This document shows positions 12,224 through 24,042 of a stretch of DNA of 64,000 bases, in pieces. The notes beneath the pieces are model-generated. The model did not search any database. It saw only the letters and a list, made by a program, of their open reading frames with translations, and was not told where the DNA came from. The translations under genes and the position numbers were made by a program. The first letter of the stretch is position 1. Each line of letters begins with the position of its first letter. The DNA is from Malacoraja senta (Eukaryota), in the NCBI GenBank assembly GCA_038087875.1, contig JAXLNO010004831.1:1-64000 (forward strand), in the 5' to 3' direction.

Positions 12224-12571
12224 ATGTTGAATCAAGAGGTATTCAATGATATAGTAATCAGATTTGGAATGACCGACATCGACTTGAATCATCAGCTATC
12301 GAGATATGTCTCATGGAAACCAGATCCAGGAGCAGTGGCGATTGATGCTTTCTCGTTACATTGGGGTGGTATGTTTTCATATATATTTCCACCTTTCTGC
12401 CTCATAAGCCAATGTTTGCTTAAAATCAGGCAAGATGCTGCTTCAAGGGTATTGGTAGTACCAGATTGGCCTATACAGCCATGGTATCTGTTGATATTAG
12501 AATTAACAACACAAATGTTGATGAAAGTCCCAAAAAGGAGTAATTTATTACTGCACCCTGTAACAGGGTAA
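12224..12571 (+). CDS. DIRS N6-adenine methyltransferase-like domain fragment
   Basis: YVSWKPDPGAVAIDAFSLHWGGMFSYIFPPFCLISQCLLKI...VLVVPDWPIQPWY matches the MT-like domain typical of DIRS1 elements. Confidence 0.8.
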   Translation: MLNQEVFNDIVIRFGMTDIDLNHQLSRYVSWKPDPGAVAIDAFSLHWGGMFSYIFPPFCLISQCLLKIRQDAASRVLVVPDWPIQPWYLLILELTTQMLMKVPKRSNLLLHPVTG

Positions 12572-12619
12572 CAACATCCATTATATCATCGTTTGGATTT
12601 GTTGATTTGCAGGTCTTAA

Positions 12620-13585
12620 GAATGCCTTTTCTGGGACGAGGACTGTCTGAGCATACTGTGGACATGCTTACGGCAGCCGGGAGGAAGAGCACTCAAAAAT
12701 AGTACCTTTCTTATATTAAGAAATGGGAAGAGTTCTGTGTACAAAAGAATGTGCAATAAAGTACTGCAGATATTTCAAATGTTTAGAATTTCTGTCAAAA
12801 CTTTATTATGATGAAGGTCTGAGTTGTAGTGCAATTAATTCAGCCAGAAGTGCATTGTCCTCATATTTGGTTCTGGATTCAGAAAGAAACTCAATTGGGT
12901 CACACCCAATTGTTTCCAGACTAATGAAAGGAATCTTTAATTCCAAACCACCGAAACCTAGGTATGTGACAATCTGGGATGTAAGTGTGGTACTGAAACT
13001 ACTTCGTGAATGGTCATCAAGTGTGTCTTTACCTTTGGTCAAGCTCAGTATGAAAGTATTCATGCTTATGGCATGAGTGACAGCACAACGAGTGCAAACA
13101 CTTGGAAAATTACAAATAGACAGTATGGAAGTAACTGAAGACAAGGATACATTCTATATCTATGACCTACTAAAGTAAATTAGGCCAGGTGTGACAGGAT
13201 TTAAAATTATGCTAGCAGCATATCCAAATGATCCATGTCTCTGTATTAAGACATATTTATTACAATACATTGAGGTCACAAAGAATTTGAGAATACGGAA
13301 ACTGGGTTGTTGATCACACACAAGAAACCACACAAGAGAGTTTCAATACAGACTATTTCCAGATGGATAAAAGAAGTCTTAACAGCTGCTGGTATTAACA
13401 CTTATGTTTTTACGTCTCACTCGGCTAGGGCAGCAGAAACGTCGGCGGCCAGGGCAAAAGACGGCCCCGTCGACCATATCCTCGCAGCCGCCGGGTGGTC
13501 CAATGAGTTGATGTTTCAACATTTTTACCATCGGCCTATTGTTAATGCGGGGTTGTTTGCAGAAACTATTTTAAGTTCTGTGTAA
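12620..13585 (+). pseudogene. DIRS tyrosine recombinase (interrupted)
   Basis: SAINSARSALSS...HPIVSRLMKGIFNSKPPKPRY..WDV N-terminal part; C-terminal FTSHSARAAETS...AAGWSNELMFQHFY catalytic motifs; in-frame stops in between. Confidence 0.9.
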
Positions 13586-14396
13586 ATTCCTCTGGTTTAA
13601 AGGGGATCTGATTCATTTCATTATTGAAATGAATTACTGCATTTGTGGTACAAATGTTATTATGAATGCATGATTGATTATTCTCGTTCCGAGTCAATCT
13701 ATGCAGTGAGAAGCCGGGATTGATCCACGGCATGAAATCACAAAGCTTTAAAATCTTCACGTAGTCACTCACGTCACTCTGAAGTAAAATAGTAAGATTA
13801 AACGAGAACTTACCTAAGTTTGAAGTTTGATCTTTATTTTATGAGGAGTTACGTAGGTGATTACGTGCCCACCGCGACCCTACCCTCTATCATAAAGGTC
13901 AGATGGAAGTTCTTGTATTACTCGTTTTATTATGAGACTATATTACTTCGGTTGTTGTTTTTTGTGATTTCACACCGCTGCTTTGAAGATTGACGCGCAG
14001 GCGCACTGGCGGGGTTCTTCACGTAATCACCTACGTAACTACTCATAAAATAAAGATCAAACTTCAAACTTAGGTAAGTTCTCGTTTAATCTTACTATTC
14101 CATATCCCACAACTGTGGTACTGAACAAGCACGCATGATGGGCCAATACAGGACTTTTTTCGACATATATATCAATATACTTTGCATTCTTCTGACTGGG
14201 AAGAACTGTTATGCAGACAGAGTATGTTTCACATAAACCTGGGGAAAGCAGAAGACACACACTAGTTGTGGTGCCCCCAACAGTAAATCTTGAAGTTGTG
14301 GACCTATAGCGTCCCTGTACCTTGCTGCCTCTAGGAGAGGATTCGAAGGTCACTGCTTTCAAGACAGAAGGGAGCAGCAGTACAAGGATTATATAC

Positions 14397-14512
14397 CTGA
14401 ATGACAGCTCTAGGTGAGTGAGATTGTTACCACAGTGGAAAGCCAAACAGAGTAAGAAGAGCAGTCTTGGTCTCTAACGTCTCTGTGCAGCGAGTGTGGA
14501 TCACACTGCCAC
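14397..14512 (-). pseudogene. SUN pseudogene exon (GSVIHTRCTET...FGFPLW*QSHSPRAVIQ)
   Basis: 116 bp, AG/GT bounded, phase 1 in and phase 0 out; TAA at 14427-14429 where SUN proteins have PLWY. Confidence 0.92.
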
Positions 14513-14924
14513 CTAACAAGAGAAAACAGAATCATTATCATATCACTGAATGGACAAAGTTAATCATGAATCCTTCAAGAAATATGCAGGTTTGCAGAGA
14601 ACTGCAAAACTCTGGCAGAGGGATTGGAAAGTTTTTGCTTGAGTGCTGACCACTAAGAAGAACTTTCCAATTTGTCCAATAACTCAACACATCCAGCACA
14701 ACTGCAGAAATAATTTAATGTTACAATCACAATAGTTTAAGTAAACTTGAAAGCAAATTTTCATACAATGTCCAACAGGTTGGAGCACAGAATCCAGCTG
14801 AAACTTTAAATACACAGCTGAATGGCCACCAGGTGGCAGTGGTTGGATAAGTACCCTCCCAAATCTCAACCATTTACTTGCTCTCATCATTTTTCCATTC
14901 AATACAACTATAATAAACAAGGAG

Positions 14925-16801
14925 TTTATTGTATTATTTATAATAAACTCATATACTACAACAATTCCCATTTAAAATAGTAAATGAAAAATTTAAATAT
15001 CTAGGAATTTATGTCACTAAGACATATGCATCATTATTTAAATTAAAATTTCCCCCTTTACTGAATAAACTTCATAAGAATATTCAGTACTGGAAAACAC
15101 TTCCTATTTCAATGGTTGGTAAAATTAATGCCATAAAAATGATTTTTCTACCGCAAATATTATACCTTTTTCAAACAATTCTGATATACTTGCCAAAAAT
15201 CTTTTTCAAAAAGTTGGATTCCATTATTACTGATTTTATCTGGGATTATAAGAATCATAGGATAAGCAAAAAACATTTGTGCAAATCAAAAATAAATGGA
15301 AGTTTAGTTTTACCATATTTTTTGTTTTATTTTTGGGCAGTTAACATTAAAAATATGAATTTTTGGTTGGAAGAAATAGATCAACAACCGGATTGGTTAA
15401 AAATGGAAAAGGAAGATTGTTTACCCTTTGAAATTGGCTCGATACTATTTGCTACTTCGAAATTGAACAAAAAAATGTATAGTGAAAATCCTATAATATA
15501 CAGTGGTATGCGAATTTGGAAACAATTAAAAAAGACATTAAAATTGGATAATTTATCACTTTTTCTTCCCATTGTGAATAGCCCTTTATTTAAACCTTCT
15601 TGGTTGGATAAAGGTTTCATACAATGGAAAAATTATGGAATTAAAATGATGGGACAACTTTATAAGAAAGGCACTTTTCTTTCATTTCAGGAGCTACAAC
15701 AGACTTTTAAATCCATTTAAATGAATTTTTCAGATATCTACAACTTAGAGATTATGTTAAAGCAAATACTCAAAACTTTAGAGCTAGAGATTCAGAAATC
15801 CTTGATGACTGTTTGAATAAACATCCTAATACAGAAAAATTAATATCTCACATTTATAATACCTTATTAGATAGTGAGATACCATCGACGGACTTATATA
15901 GGCAAACATGGGAAAAGGAACTAAATCAAACAATAACGAAAGATACTTGGGAAGAAAGTTTACAACACATACATCAATGTTCATTAAATGCCAGACACTC
16001 TCTAATACAATTCAAAGTATTGCATAGATTACATTATTCTAAAACAAAACTAAATAGAATCTTCCCACATATCTCCCCTATTTGTGATAAATGTCAACAT
16101 TTAGATGCTAACTTAACTCATACATTTGCGAATTGTATAAAAATTTAAAAATTCTGGGCAGACATTTTTAGAATAATATCTATTGTTGTCAACACTCAAT
16201 TGGATCCTGTTTCAAAATTAATAATATTAGGAATATTAGAACAAAATCAAACATTTACAACAACTCAAAGAAACTTTATTGATTATAGTATAATAACTGG
16301 AAAAAAATGTATACTAAAATTTTGGAAAGGTCCTATACCCCCACAATTAAAATGTGGATTATAGAAATGTCGGAGACCTTACATTTGGAAAGAATTAGGC
16401 TTGTCCTATTGGACAAACAAGAATTATTTATCAGAACATGGTCTCCATTTATTGATTATTTGAAGGGTCAGAATGGTTCAACACGAGAACCTGACTAAAA
16501 CTCGAGCCAAGGATTAGATGAAAAGTTATACTTTGAAATGTACGAATATATCTCTAATGAAGTATTTTTAGTAAGTTATTCCATTCTTCTTTATTATCTC
16601 TTTCTTTTTTTTCTCTTTGTCTTTTTATGCTTTTCTTTCTTTCTGCTACTCTCTTATTTTCTATCTATATAAAAAAATAAAAAAACTATTGGAGACACGA
16701 ATAATGTTTGATAATATTAGTAATGTAGAAATGAAATACATGTAATGATTTCAATATGATGTGTATTTGATCCAATAAAAATATCATTCAAAAAAAATAA
16801 A
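14925..16801 (+). mobile_element. 5'-truncated L1-clade LINE (ORF2 C-terminal part, 3'UTR, A-rich tail) with 13-bp TSD
   Basis: ORFs 15112-15720 and 15813-16148 (KINAIKMIFLPQILYLFQ; QFKVLHRLHY...CDKC...HTF zinc-knuckle region); AATAAACAAGGAG at 14912-14924 and 16802-16814. Confidence 0.88.
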
Positions 16802-17857
16802 AATAAACAAGGAGCTGTTTTTGCAAAAATTATGCACAATGAGAAAGATTTCTGTAACATAAAATGGAAGTAAAACTTCTACCCACTGACCCAGATATAA
16901 AAACATTGTTATTTGTGGGCAGTTAGCTGGGAACATGTGCAACCAATGACTGCTGTCTGCATAGGTTCTTTTTCTCAATTATATAAAGCCATTTAGCATT
17001 ACATCTGACCTAGTTTAGAGACTAACCAGAAAGGACAATTTATCTTGTAGAACATATATTTTTTAAATATTGTAGAACATATATTTACATCGCAGGAACA
17101 GGCCCTTTTGTCCCACTGTGTCTGCACCGACCATGATGTCAGCCTAACTCATCCCATCTGATTGGACATGGTCTGCATCCCTCTACTCCCTGTCTGTACA
17201 TGTATCTGTCCAAATGCCTTTTAAAGATTACTATTGTATCTGCTTCCACCACCTCCCCTGACAACACACCTACAGCTGTGCAAGAAAAACTTGCCTCACA
17301 CATCTCCTTTAAACATCCCCCCTCTCACCTTAACTCTATGCCCTCGCGTATTTGACATTTTCACCCTGGGGAAAGACTGCCTACTCTATCTATATATCTC
17401 TCATAATTTTATATACTTCTATCAGGCCTCGTCTCAGCCTCTGACGCTCCAGCAAAAACATTCCGTTTGTCCACCTTCCCCTTATAGCTAATATTCTATT
17501 CTAACATTCTGTCTAATCCAGGCAGCATCCTGGTGATTCTGCAGATGGCTGAAACCTAAAGTAGATCTTCAGCTTTCTACACAATTCCAATTGTCCAATG
17601 TTAGTTTGAGAAGAACCAAGCTTCTATCCACATTTCAAACCATGAGCGTGTCTTCTTTTCTTGCACTTCTACAGGTGTTTAAGATTTCATTCGTCTACCA
17701 CTAGTTGCATCTCCACCTATCCAGCTGGTATCGACATTCATCTCAAATATCTCCTGGTCTCCAGTCTATCTATTTTGTTCTCACTTTCTCTGCAACGTAA
17801 ACTTTGCTTCAAGGAATAAAACTGGCTAACCAACAGAAGAGGGGAGCAATTAAATCA

Positions 17858-18050
17858 GGGCAGCACAGTGACGGATCGGTAGACCTCATGCCTGACAGCA
17901 CCAGAGACTTGGGTTTGATCCTGACTACGGGTGCTGTCTGTACGGAGTTTGTACATTCTCCCTGTGACCGCATGGGTTTTCTCCGGGTGCTCTGGTATCC
18001 TCCCACACTCCAACGATGTACAGGTTTGTAGGTTAAATGTAAGTTGTAAA
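17858..18050 (+). mobile_element. HE1-type SINE 5' part
   Basis: GGGCAGCACAGTG...GGGTTTGATCCTGACTACGGGTGCTGTCTGTACGGAG. Confidence 0.75.
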
Positions 18051-18293
18051 ATTGGCCAGAGGGCAGAATAAGACCCATCTTTTCTTCATACGCATTAAAT
18101 GACTTGGAATTCCAGATTTGTAGATGATACTGTGAACTGGGGATATTCATGGAATTGGAGGCAAATACAGAATATGGTTTGAACAGCTGTAATTCAAATG
18201 TGAAATATTTCATTTTGGGAGGATGAATAAGGCAATGTAAACTAGAGGGCACAATTCTAAAAGGAGTGAAGAAACAACAGTGTCTCTGGAATG

Positions 18294-18327
18294 GGTGACG
18301 TTTCGGGTCGAGACCCTTCATCAGACC
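18294..18327 (-). ncRNA. Minimal type I hammerhead ribozyme motif (Penelope-derived), intact core
   Basis: Minus strand reads GGT-CTGATGA-AGGGTC-TC-GACCC-GAAA-CGTC-ACC: CUGANGA and GAAA cores, stem II hairpin, GUC cleavage triplet, GGU/ACC stem I, palindromic ACGU in place of stem III. Confidence 0.75.
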
Positions 18328-18921
18328 TTCACATCCTTCTGACACACGTGGGTGATATATGTGCCTAGTTTACTGAAAGAAGGATGTTTAGGATGTTGTT
18401 TAAAAACACCTGTACTTTATAAATAACGGCTCAGGGTACAAGAACAAAGAAGTGATGGGGAACTTTGTAAAACACAGGCTTGGCCACAGCTGGAGTAGTG
18501 CATCCAGTCCTGGCTGCCTTGCCCTCAGAAAGGCATGAAGCTTCGGAGAGAGTGCACAAGAGAGTAACCAATGTGTTTGCGGGGATGGTGGAGCAGTGGA
18601 CAGAATGAAGATGGCCGATGGTGCCCCAGGACAAGGCCATCCCACCGATGGCTCGGCCTTTAAATGAGTTGTGGATTGGCGCAACATCAAGCAGTTACAA
18701 GTTAAATTAACATTCAGCAGTGTGAACCTCAGCAGCTCTGGGGAAACCTGTACTGTCAACATAGATTTGTACTTGCCTATTCAGGACATATTGCCCAGTG
18801 TGAAAGAGACCCCATTCCACAGGAGCAAGTCAAACATGACTAAAGTGCCAGCCCACACATCACCCTTTCAGTCTGTTACATTCAGAGTTTTAGTTGGCCC
18901 GGGCTTTTGCCTGATACTTAC

Positions 18922-19006
18922 CAGCAGATTCCAGTGCATAATCCACCAATCCAACCCTGTCAGCGCTGTACAGTTTCAGGGCTTGCTCCACAATGCTTTT
19001 CACTTC
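18922..19006 (-). pseudogene. SUN pseudogene exon (EVKSIVEQALKLYSADRVGLVDYALESAG)
   Basis: 85 bp, TAG/GTAAG bounded; matches SUN V..IV..AL..YS.D..G..DYALES.G. Confidence 0.93.
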
Positions 19007-19424
19007 CTACCAAAGGATAAAACAACAATAATGTGGGATAAGAAGGGGGCAGTAGAGTGTAATAGAGTGCAGAGCCCACACACATACAGAAACCAGATGG
19101 GCAATGCTCCCTTCAACAGTTCCCACAAAATGATCCCTCTTATCCATTCCCATAATCTGGAATTAGCAAGGTGTAATAAAAGTGAGCGATGGAGAGCCCA
19201 AGTTTACTCCATAGAAGGCAGCAGGATTATGTGATCAGGTCAATAATTATTACAGTACATTGACATGGATAGGACAGGTTTGGAGGGATCTGGGGCAAAC
19301 GCAGGCAGGTGGGACTAGTGTAGCTGGGACATGTTGGCCGGTGTAGACTGATGCAATGTTCCATTCAGTTTGACATTGCCTTACTACCTGTCCTTCACAG
19401 AAAGGTTCCTGAAGAAAACTACCT

Positions 19425-20100
19425 TTGACCACTAGTGATCAAGGTAGAACGAGCTACAGGCACTGTGGGAGAAGGACTCGATGGATCCCATCAGATGGCT
19501 CCCCAATCAGACAGAGGAACTCACCAACAGTAGTGTGAGGAGCCCTCCCAGTCAGACCCTGCCTGCTCTGTCAGAGAAGCACCCCACTGCACGCTGCCAT
19601 TGAGATGGTTGTGGTGTGGACAACATTCACCTGCTTATGCACTGGGTGTTTGACAGGAAGGTCAGAAGAAGAATGCAAGGGCTCTTGTCATGGTTCACCC
19701 TGAGCTGTTGTGCATCAGTGATCTAGGAACTGTTCACAGGGACTCACAAGATAAATGTCAACTGCTGCTGGAAGATCATTATCTCAGTGGAAGACTCACT
19801 TTGGTCTGCCCAAAAATTGATCTTCCTGCATAAGATGTGGGTAAATGAATTGCTGCCGACTGGCACATTACAGGGTGTGAGAGTATGTGGTGTGAGGGAC
19901 ACACTGAAGCTCAGTGTAGTCACCACAGAGGCTGTGGGGGAGTGGCCTTGGTCTAAGGTCCGGCCACCACTAGACACTGAGGGACTCTCAGACACTTCAT
20001 AGGAGCACTGTTTAAGGATGTGGTGTTTATTGACACATTGCAAGTGAAAGTGCTGAATTGATGGAACGTAGAGCAAGACATGCCCCAATTTCATTACTAT
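19425..20100 (+). mobile_element. Degraded Tx1-group LINE 3' end
   Basis: GTHKINVNCCWKIIISVEDSLWSAQKL...VRDTLKL resembles the Tx1 ORF2 C-terminus (W..I.SVKDALWSAR...RDALKL). Confidence 0.6.
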
Positions 20101-20103
20101 ATA

Positions 20104-20959
20104 TCTATATAATTAAAAGTCTCATCTTGACCACTTCCTGGTTGCACTGCATATTGATTTTAGAAAAAACGCTACCACTTACGGTTGTGAGTTTTAGTCT
20201 TCTTACTCAGAGTCCCCCTCCGCTGCACAGGGCAAGAGGATTTTTCCCATCGATGAAAAATAAAAGAGTTATTTGTGTTTTAAAAATGTTGAGATTCTCT
20301 CTCCTGTCAATCACTGCCATGAAGGCCACGCCCCTTCTGGTGGGAGGGGGGGGCTATAAAACCTGGAACTGTGGGAGTGGCTCAGGGTCTGCAAGATGGG
20401 GGAGGGAGAGGTCACCTTGGTGGCCTTGCACCCTGCTTGAAATGGTAACCATATAACCATAAAAGCACGGAAACAGGCCATCTCGGCCCTAGGAACTGCT
20501 TTTCAATTTGGTGGCCTTGCACCCTGCTTGAAATGGTATGAAACTGCTTTTGAATTTGGTGGCCTTGCACCCTGCTTGATATGGTAGGAAACTGCATTTG
20601 AATTTGGTGGCCTTGCTCTCTGCTTGAAATGGTAGGAAACTTCATTTGAATTTGGTGGCCTGCACTCTGCTTGAAATGGAATTTAAAGGAATAGCCTCGA
20701 GTCAACTGCCAGTCCACCAGCCGTGAGTGAGTGAGCTGCCAGCACACCAGGCTTGAGTGACTGAGCTGCCAGCCCAATAATCCATTCGGCCCACAATGTC
20801 CATACTAGCCCTCTGGAAACCAGTCCCTTCAGCCCACAACACCCAGAAAGCCCCCCCCACCGGCCACCAATATTGGAATTGGTGGAGAGGTGGAATATTG
20901 CGTTGGGGGACCAGCCCTCCCGTGTGAACATGGGACCCAACGGGTCCCACTTAGTCTAG
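20104..20959 (+). mobile_element. Non-autonomous Helitron
   Basis: Begins TCTATATAATTAAAAGTCT after an A; ends with hairpin GGGACCCAACGGGTCCC then ACTTAGTCTAG followed by T; no TSD. Confidence 0.8.
20418..20680 (+). repeat. ~48-bp tandem repeat inside the Helitron (4 tandem copies plus one detached partial copy)
   Basis: Unit TTGGTGGCCTTGCACCCTGCTTGAAATGGTAGGAAACTGCATTTGAAT. Confidence 0.85.
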
Positions 20960-21037
20960 TATTATCAATAAATTACATTTCTGAAATACAACAGTGTGTT
21001 CCAGAGTTAGAGCCACTGGCTGCTTGCATGCTTGTAC

Positions 21038-21250
21038 CTTAATAAACCCCGCTCTGACAGCTGCCGAGTGTGTCTCCATTGCCGGACCAGGATAAAGTGA
21101 TGCATCTGAGAGGATCTTCTTCTCCAAGCCAGCGAGGAGGGCCTCGAGTTCCTTGTGATGCACCAGCTGTGCTGTCAGTGGTTCCCCTGTGCTGTCTTGT
21201 GATGAACTGAAGAGCAGCTTGTGGACAAGTGGGAGCAACGCCGTCTCCTT
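21038..21250 (-). pseudogene. SUN pseudogene exon (coiled coil, KETALL...LEALLAGLEKKIL...GFIK)
   Basis: 213 bp open, TTTAG/GT bounded, phase 0 at both ends; resembles the SUN2 LQREEMQAQLRELESKIL segment. Confidence 0.8.
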
Positions 21251-22899
21251 CTAAACACACAAGAGCTGGATAGTCAGTGCTCCTCCTTGTAGACATTGAA
21301 ATCAATGCAAAGCAGTATCTTTGTCATCTTAAAAAATATATTATTTTACAATTGTTTATCCTTTGGCGAGGGAGACAAGGCAAGGGAATACATTATAGCT
21401 GAAAGGATACTGAACTGTGGTGGGGAACAGAAAGATATTGGAGAGCTTGTTGTGTAGGAAGGAAATGCAAATGCTGGCTTACACTGAAGATAGACACAAA
21501 ATGCTGGAGTTACTCAGCGGACGAGGCAGCATCTAATGCTCCAGAGATCCTGTCCATCCCGCTGAGTTCCTCCAGCATTTTGTGTCTATCTTGTTGTGGG
21601 ATCTTTGAAGGTAGTGGGACAGTCATCTTGGAACTGTGGAAAATGTTAGCTCAGCCGTACCTGTAACATTGTGTGGATTCTGGTTGCCTCCCTACAGGAT
21701 TGATGGGAGTTCACTAGAGAGGCACAAGAAAGGTTTACGACATTGGCAGGACTGGAGAAGAAAGGTTGCAAGGAGAGAGTCATCAGGAACTGCAGCAGGT
21801 AGATTGTTTGAGTTGTTATAATATTATAGAAAAAAAGACAAAATGCTGGAGTAACTCAGCGGGACAGGCAGCATCTCTGGAGAGAAAGAATGGATCATGT
21901 TTCGGATTGAGACCCTTCTTCAAATGTCTCGAATGTCATCCATTCCTCCCCCCACCCCCCAGAGATGCTGCCTGTCTCGCTGATGTCTATCTGTGGTGTA
22001 ATCTGTGGCAGTTCCTTCCTACACATAAGGTTATGATATTCTGACTGGTCCATTCAGAGTAAACAAGGTAACTGTCTTTCCTGCACAAAGTTGGAAATGT
22101 CATTCAATTAGCACAAGGGTTTGATGCAATTAGTACAGTGGGCCAAGGGTTCACTGCCTGAATGGTTGTTGGAAGCAGAACTCACATTTACTGGGCACCT
22201 GGACCAGCAGTAGAAGAGGCTGTGAGTGAGATTCACCTGGCCTCCCAGCATGTAAAACAGAAGGTGGGAACTATAGGTCAATTGACAGATACATGGATAG
22301 GACAGGTTTGGAGGGATATGGACCAAATGCAGGCAGGTGGGACTAGTGTAGCTGGGACATGTTGGTGGGTGTGGGCGAGTTGGGCAGAAGGGTCTGTTTC
22401 CACACTGTATCACTCTATGATTCTAATTCATCCAGCACTCATAGTTCACAAGAGGAAATAACGAATCATTTGGTAAGCTGCATCTAATCAAACGTAGCCG
22501 ACATGGTTTAATGAAAATCATGTGTGACAAAACTTGACAGGATGTGATAGGGAGTTGATAAGGGAAACCTGTGAATGTAGGAGGAAGGAACAGCAAATGC
22601 TGGTTTAAACCAAAGATAGACACAATAAGCTGGAGTAACTTAGCGGCTCAGATAGCATCTCTGGAAAAAGGACTTTTCTATTTGTTTTCTCCAGAGATGC
22701 TGTCTGACCCGCTGAGTTACTCCAGCTTTTTGTGTCTATCTCCTGTAAATGTAGTGTGTATTTAGATCTCCAAAAGGCATTTGCCACATATGAGGGCAAA
22801 TGTGCTAACATGGACTGAAAGGTAGCAGTCATATAGAAAAACAAGTTAGAATAAATGCGTGAAAACTGCAGATGGGATAAATCTGAAAAACAAAATGCT

Positions 22900-23860
22900 G
22901 GGAGCACTCGGGTCAGGCTGCATCTGTAGCCAGAGAAACAGAATTCATGTTTCAAGTCAAAGACCCTTCGTCAGAACTGGGGAGGTGACAACAGAAACGT
23001 GTAAAGCTGCACAGGTGGGTGGATGACTCTGATAGTGTAAAACCAGGTGGCCATGGGGATAAGCTGCACACAAAGTTATCTGGTCAAGGAGTGAGTAGGA
23101 GCGGTAAGGTGATAAGACAAATAGACAAAGATCGTAGCAGTTGCAAAATGCAGAGCAAGAAGACATGTCTAGGAAGGAATGGCAGATGCTGGTTTAAACC
23201 TAAGATAGACAACGGGACAGGCTGCATCTCTGGAGAGAAGGAATGGGTGACGTTTCTGGTGGAGACGCTTTTCAGACAAGACATGTCTGGCAGGTCAGCA
23301 TGGACATGCCCTCCACATTTGGATAGAGATTTAAAAAACAAGCCAACCCAATTATCACAAATGGACAACTGATACTAACAGAGGAATCAAGTTACCCAAG
23401 ATTATCAAATTCCGTTCAAGCCCAGAGGACTGCCATGAGCCCAAATGGAAGGTGAGATGCCATTCCTCAAGATTGCTTTGAGCCTCATTGCAACAGTGCA
23501 GGAAGTCACAGACTGTTCAGTCACTCCCACATCCAAGAGTCAGAATGAGATAACAGGAAGCTCAGGAGTGTCCCATGGATCCAACACAGGTGCTCCACAA
23601 AGTGGAAACCCAACGCCTGTTTGGTTTCTCCAATGTAGAGGAGACCACATCGTGAACACAGGGAAAGGAGCAGAGGGGGGAAAGGAGAGACAGTGAGAGA
23701 AAGGGAAGAACACGGTAGAGAGGGAGGGGGAGAGTGGGAGTTGAGTGTTAAAGAAGGGGAGGGAAGAGGGCAAGATACTTTCCACACTTTCCTCTTCACC
23801 TCAATCTCTTTCATCATCTCTAAGGCAAGTTTTGCTAAGTTTTGGCCTTTCACAGTTAAA
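22900..23860 (-). mobile_element. Degraded Penelope-like element 3' part (GIY-YIG endonuclease and terminal repeat)
   Basis: LCSRCGLLYIGETKQALGFHFVEHL; CTGACGAAGGGTC hammerhead-like core at ~22950-22975. Confidence 0.65.
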
Positions 23861-23885
23861 TAAAAAACTATTTGGGAAAACTTAC

Positions 23886-24042
23886 ATCAGTCATACTTTT
23901 AATTCTGCTTTCCAGAGCTTGCATGTTGAAATCCATGTCCTTCTGTGCTGCACGTACAGCCTGCAGCTCCAGCCGTGTCTGGCTGAGCTGCTCCTCCAGC
24001 AGCACCAGTGCAGTCAGTAGCTGCTTCTGTTCATCTGTCAAC
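23886..24042 (-). pseudogene. SUN pseudogene exon (coiled coil LTDEQKQLLTALVLLEEQLSQTRLELQAV...SMTD)
   Basis: 157 bp open heptad-rich frame; donor GTAAG; phase 2 in and phase 0 out, matching neighbouring exons. Confidence 0.8.

Larger units (their letters stand above)
9213..14099 (+). mobile_element. DIRS1-type tyrosine-recombinase retrotransposon, structurally complete, ORFs decayed
   Basis: Left ITR 9213-9271, right ITR 13991-14099, internal complementary region 13754-13867; gag-like, RT (YLDD), RNase H (LQTDAS..GWG), methyltransferase-like (DAF..W...Y.FPPF) and YR (HSAR...AGWS..F..FY) fragments in order; CTATT at both ends. Confidence 0.95.

Noticed and set aside
12224-13585. Phage integrase plus Dam methylase suggesting bacterial DNA or horizontal transfer
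   Set aside because: Both domains lie within a DIRS retrotransposon with RT, RNase H, ITRs and ICR, where they are standard components.
14057-14446. 129-aa minus-strand ORF
   Set aside because: It overlaps the SUN exon in the wrong frame, then intron and the DIRS end; no recognisable product.
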